From Selaginella moellendorffii (taxonomy: Eukaryota; Plantae; Lycopodiophyta), in NCBI RefSeq assembly GCF_000143415.4, contig NW_003314310.1, forward strand, positions 1,350,960 through 1,414,959: DNA of 64,000 bases. The letters are read 5' to 3'. The position numbers and the translations under genes are program-made. A model generated the notes under the pieces. The model saw only the letters and a list, made by a program, of their open reading frames with translations. It was not told where the DNA came from and ran no database searches. The stretch's first letter is position 1, and each line of letters starts with the position of its first letter. Positions 60,801 through 64,000 of the stretch are shown piece after piece.

Positions 60801-61347
60801 TGTCCTCCTGTGGAGCTTGAAGAGTGCAGGAGACCTCGAGCAACTGCTCGTTCAATCTTAGGAGTGGACCTAAGTCTACATTGCAAGTTCCTGCAGTTGC
60901 TTTAACAGCATTTGTGGGAGACACCCATTGAAGTATGATAACCATTGGTTCTATAGTCAATGTATGCAGAAACGGCCAATCAGCTACCCTCTGGAACTCC
61001 TTACAAAATGCCATTGGATAATTTCCGGCTAAAGAGGGCCCTGTATCATCTTGGACTTTACCTGCTTTTTTCTTCTCGTCCTTCTTCGTAGTTTTTGTTG
61101 ATTCTGCTTCCGCAACAACTTTCTGTGTTTCTTCAAGTGTTGGCTCTGGAGACGGTGGTATGAATGCAGGGAATGCCTCAGACTCAAATAACTCCTCGTC
61201 ACCCTTGGAGTGATTGGGAAATTTAATACACACCGCCGCTCTAGGTTTCTCACCGCCGCCTGGTTCAAGTAGCCACACGTTTTCCGCGGATATTATCTCT
61301 ACTCTAATTTTACATTTGTTCTCTTTTCTTTCCTCTCCACCATCCAT
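57822..61347 (-). CDS. CFAP70: Cilia- and flagella-associated protein 70 (TTC18), multi-exon, C-terminal TPRs
   Basis: YHCGFWIDLSPLV, RTSQPLEP...VIPPRP, MKSSVFKIASERF, EFCNTIYVQLMEEI, then TPR exons (MWLGAGAAFYKLGDMVNAEIALVEGNLLD). Confidence 0.8.
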
Positions 61348-61639
61348 GACAGATCCCGGTTAGGGCTGAAGAGTTGACGAATATGCTTTGCCAATAAGAA
61401 AGGAATCCAGAAAGAAATGTTCGTAATTTGGTTGTTTTTTCTTACAGATAATAATGGTGATATAATATTTGGAAAGCTGATGCAACTGTAATTTAAAGTT
61501 TGCAGAATTATCATCACCATTTGGTCGTTTGTCATGGTTGGGAGCTTAAATAAACACTTACAGTGTCTGCTAATCTGCCATTCCACCTTTGACATCTTCT
61601 GTTCAGCTCGCATGCAGTCCTGGAATAGCATTCCAGAAA

Positions 61640-61990
61640 CTCCAAAGTGGCAAACGATGTGCTCATAGAGGAACTTTGCTGTGAAGATCTGGTCTGGTGT
61701 GCAAAGTGAGATTGCTTTGGGCCACTTGCTGAAATAGTCCATGGAAATTGGGCCAATAAAGTCAAGTCCCCACTTGAAGAACGGTTCAGCTGCAACCACG
61801 AAGTGGAAAGGAAGGTGTGGGATGTAGTTCTTCATGTTGTGCATCTATTGCCGCATTGCAGTGAATGATATGATGAGGAGAAGCTGGAACGCTGAAGATA
61901 TCCACCGATGCAATAAGGCTTTGGCCGGGATAATGTACTCTCTGCTTCCATATGATAAACTCTGGTTCAAACTTTTGGATCATGAGAAAC
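61640..61990 (-). pseudogene. Gypsy integrase remnant
   Basis: PFFKWGLDFIGP...MDYFSKWPKAI...KFLYEHIVCHFG. Confidence 0.75.
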
Positions 61991-62496
61991 CACGATAAAG
62001 TACATGGTTGCCGGTTGCTTTCCTGTAAAAGAACATTGCAAGAAACATGGATTTGGATATGGACTCCAAGTAAAAGGTGGCAGAAATGTCGGCCACAGCC
62101 ACATCTGGCTCATCTGGCTCTTTTCGTTGGCATAAATAGTAGACCTCGCTCAACATGAGCTGCAATACCATGTACTATCAGACACTTTAGTCGTTTTCTT
62201 ACCGTAAGTCCTATTAGATTTTTTTATTTTCTTATTTTTGCACAGCATAGTAAAAATCTTCAATTTTAAGCTCTGTGATTCACGGTAACTATATAGACAG
62301 CTGAATACTCCGAAATCTTAAGCTGACGGGAAACAAGTTCTGAAACAGCATGAAGAATTTGAAATTCGTGTAATGTTCACACTTGTATACGAATTCTAGG
62401 AACTCAGCTCCTGCACAACATCCAAGTTGCCATCAACATCAATGGTCAAATATCTGTAACAGATACTGAGAGATGTTGGATCTGGATGAGACAGCA

Positions 62497-62586
62497 CGCT
62501 GCCAGAGCACTGGCTTTTCTCGTGGCAGCTCTAAGTATCGCGGGGTGACTTTGCATAAATGTGGAAGGTGGGAAGCAAGAATGGGA
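62497..62586 (+). pseudogene. Isolated euAP2 linker/AP2-R2 fragment
   Basis: Encodes [30 protein letters not shown], followed by unrelated sequence and a stop. Confidence 0.85.
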
Positions 62587-62689
62587 CACACGAAAGTCCA
62601 AGAAATCGATTAGCTTCCAGCAAGAAAAGAGCTTCCGTTGAAGTCAGTGATACGACCACCCACGATACACATAATCAATATGTTTTCAA

Positions 62690-62990
62690 GTAGTTGGCTT
62701 CCTTCTTCATCAGCATTGTCATTCTAAACTTATGTGTTGAAGATAACACAGCTCATATTTAGGCTGTTGTATTTCACGATGCTGCTAAGGAAATTATTAG
62801 TTTACCACCAATTGAACTTGAACAACTCAGGATATGAATTATGACAAATTTTTCTCACATATTGGTAATTCAAGAGGGAAAATTTACAATGAAGATGCGA
62901 TCTAGACTTGAAAAGTACCACAATGGAGAGAGAACTTAGTTGGTGTGGATATATGAGGTAACTTTCTGTTTTGGTTTTTTAGAAAACAAA
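62690..62990 (+). pseudogene. Possible RPA1-like OB-fold remnant (Helitron-type)
   Basis: LYVEDNTAHI*AVVFHDAAKEIISL resembles the RPA70 C-terminal OB fold. Confidence 0.4.
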
Positions 62991-63227
62991 TTTGTGCAGA
63001 TGACGACTACTCCAGTACGATCCAACAAATCTCCTCATTAAAATATCTTGTTTTGAGTGATATACTTTTAATTATTTAGATACGAACTACAATTTTCTTT
63101 TTGTAAATGTGTTTTATTTTCTGCAATTGCTCCTTTTTTAGCATAATCATAAAATGCAGCTGTGCTCAACGATTTTGTCATTGTGTTTACCACATCTAAA
63201 CTTCAACCCTTTAGCCTTGTGTATGAC

Positions 63228-63285
63228 AGGGTGTAGTTCATAAGGTAGAACACTTGCTTAGCATGTGAAGGGCACCAGATATCTG
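63228..63285 (+). pseudogene. Truncated tRNA-Ala(AGC) pseudogene or tRNA-derived SINE head
   Basis: gggtgtagttcataaggtagaacacttgcttagcatgtgaagggcac resembles the tRNA-Ala D-arm and anticodon arm (AGC); the T-arm is absent. Confidence 0.65.
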
Positions 63286-64000
63286 ACATCTTTATTGGAG
63301 CTGTTATTTAGTCTTTTATTAAGATTTAATGCTATTTTGAACCACTTTAATGATTTCTAAACATAATTTTAATCAAAAGCATACTCCCTTTACTTAATCT
63401 CCTTTTGGCATCTGGCATGTCGCGTCACAAATCCCTTAGAATGCTATTTACTAATATATATTTTATCTAACGGTTAAAATACTCCATTCATTAAATCTTC
63501 TTTTGGCATCTGGCATCTAGGCATCACATATTCCTTTTCTAGAATATTATTTACGAACTAGTTGGGATCCAGCTCTGCTGGCGGAGATAGTAAACCAAAG
63601 AATAATAGATAATTTAAGTTACATTTTTTATTACATTCATAAACAAATTTATCACCTATTTGTAGGGACACTAAATGGCAATAGAGAGAATATATATTGA
63701 AGAAATGCTCAATAGTTCCTTGCAATAAACTGTTATGGATCAAAGATGAAACATTAGTTATTAACACAATATTGGATTCATTCTTTAAAAGCAACCTTTG
63801 AGCTATAATTATATGATGACTGTGAATTAGATTACATATATATTTAGTTTCACATCCTATCAGAGTAAGAGGTTTTGAATAGCATGCATACTAAGTAACA
63901 AATATTATTTTTATGTGTTGATAGTGTAATGGTTTTATTTTGAAAATTTAAAATAATTAAGAAAATTTCTTCAACATCAACGGTATGTAATACTCACACA

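Noticed and set aside
63228-63285. Functional tRNA-Ala
   Set aside because: No T-arm or 3' acceptor strand.

Overview
Eukaryotic nuclear DNA from a seed-free land plant. It carries axonemal genes and very short 45-56 nt introns, so a lycophyte/Selaginella-like host is my inference. About 52 kb is a nest of transposable elements. (A) A minus-strand Ty3/gypsy chromovirus (3540-11148) whose integrase is interrupted by two short GT-AG spliceosomal-type introns and whose RT catalytic segment is triplicated. (S) A ~12.3 kb DNA-transposon-like unit (~13460-25740) with a Sola-like DDD transposase on + and a divergent intron-rich cargo gene on -, encoding a ParB-like domain, a degenerate beta-class DNA methyltransferase-like domain, an acidic tract and an FCP1/NIF HAD domain. 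This unit carries about 22 full and 3 partial copies of a 22-bp palindrome (ATGGCRTGWGGCCWCAYGCCAT), many of them inside introns. (B) A non-autonomous LTR element (26237-35272) with a nested solo LTR. (D) A young, intact 4.9 kb gypsy element (37826-42753) with identical LTRs. There are also LINE, Helitron and LTR remnants. The last 12 kb holds three adjacent flagellar genes (DRC3, a centrin-3-like gene, CFAP70), an orphan AP2 fragment and a tRNA-Ala pseudogene. All domain calls come from motif recognition by eye; no database searches were run.
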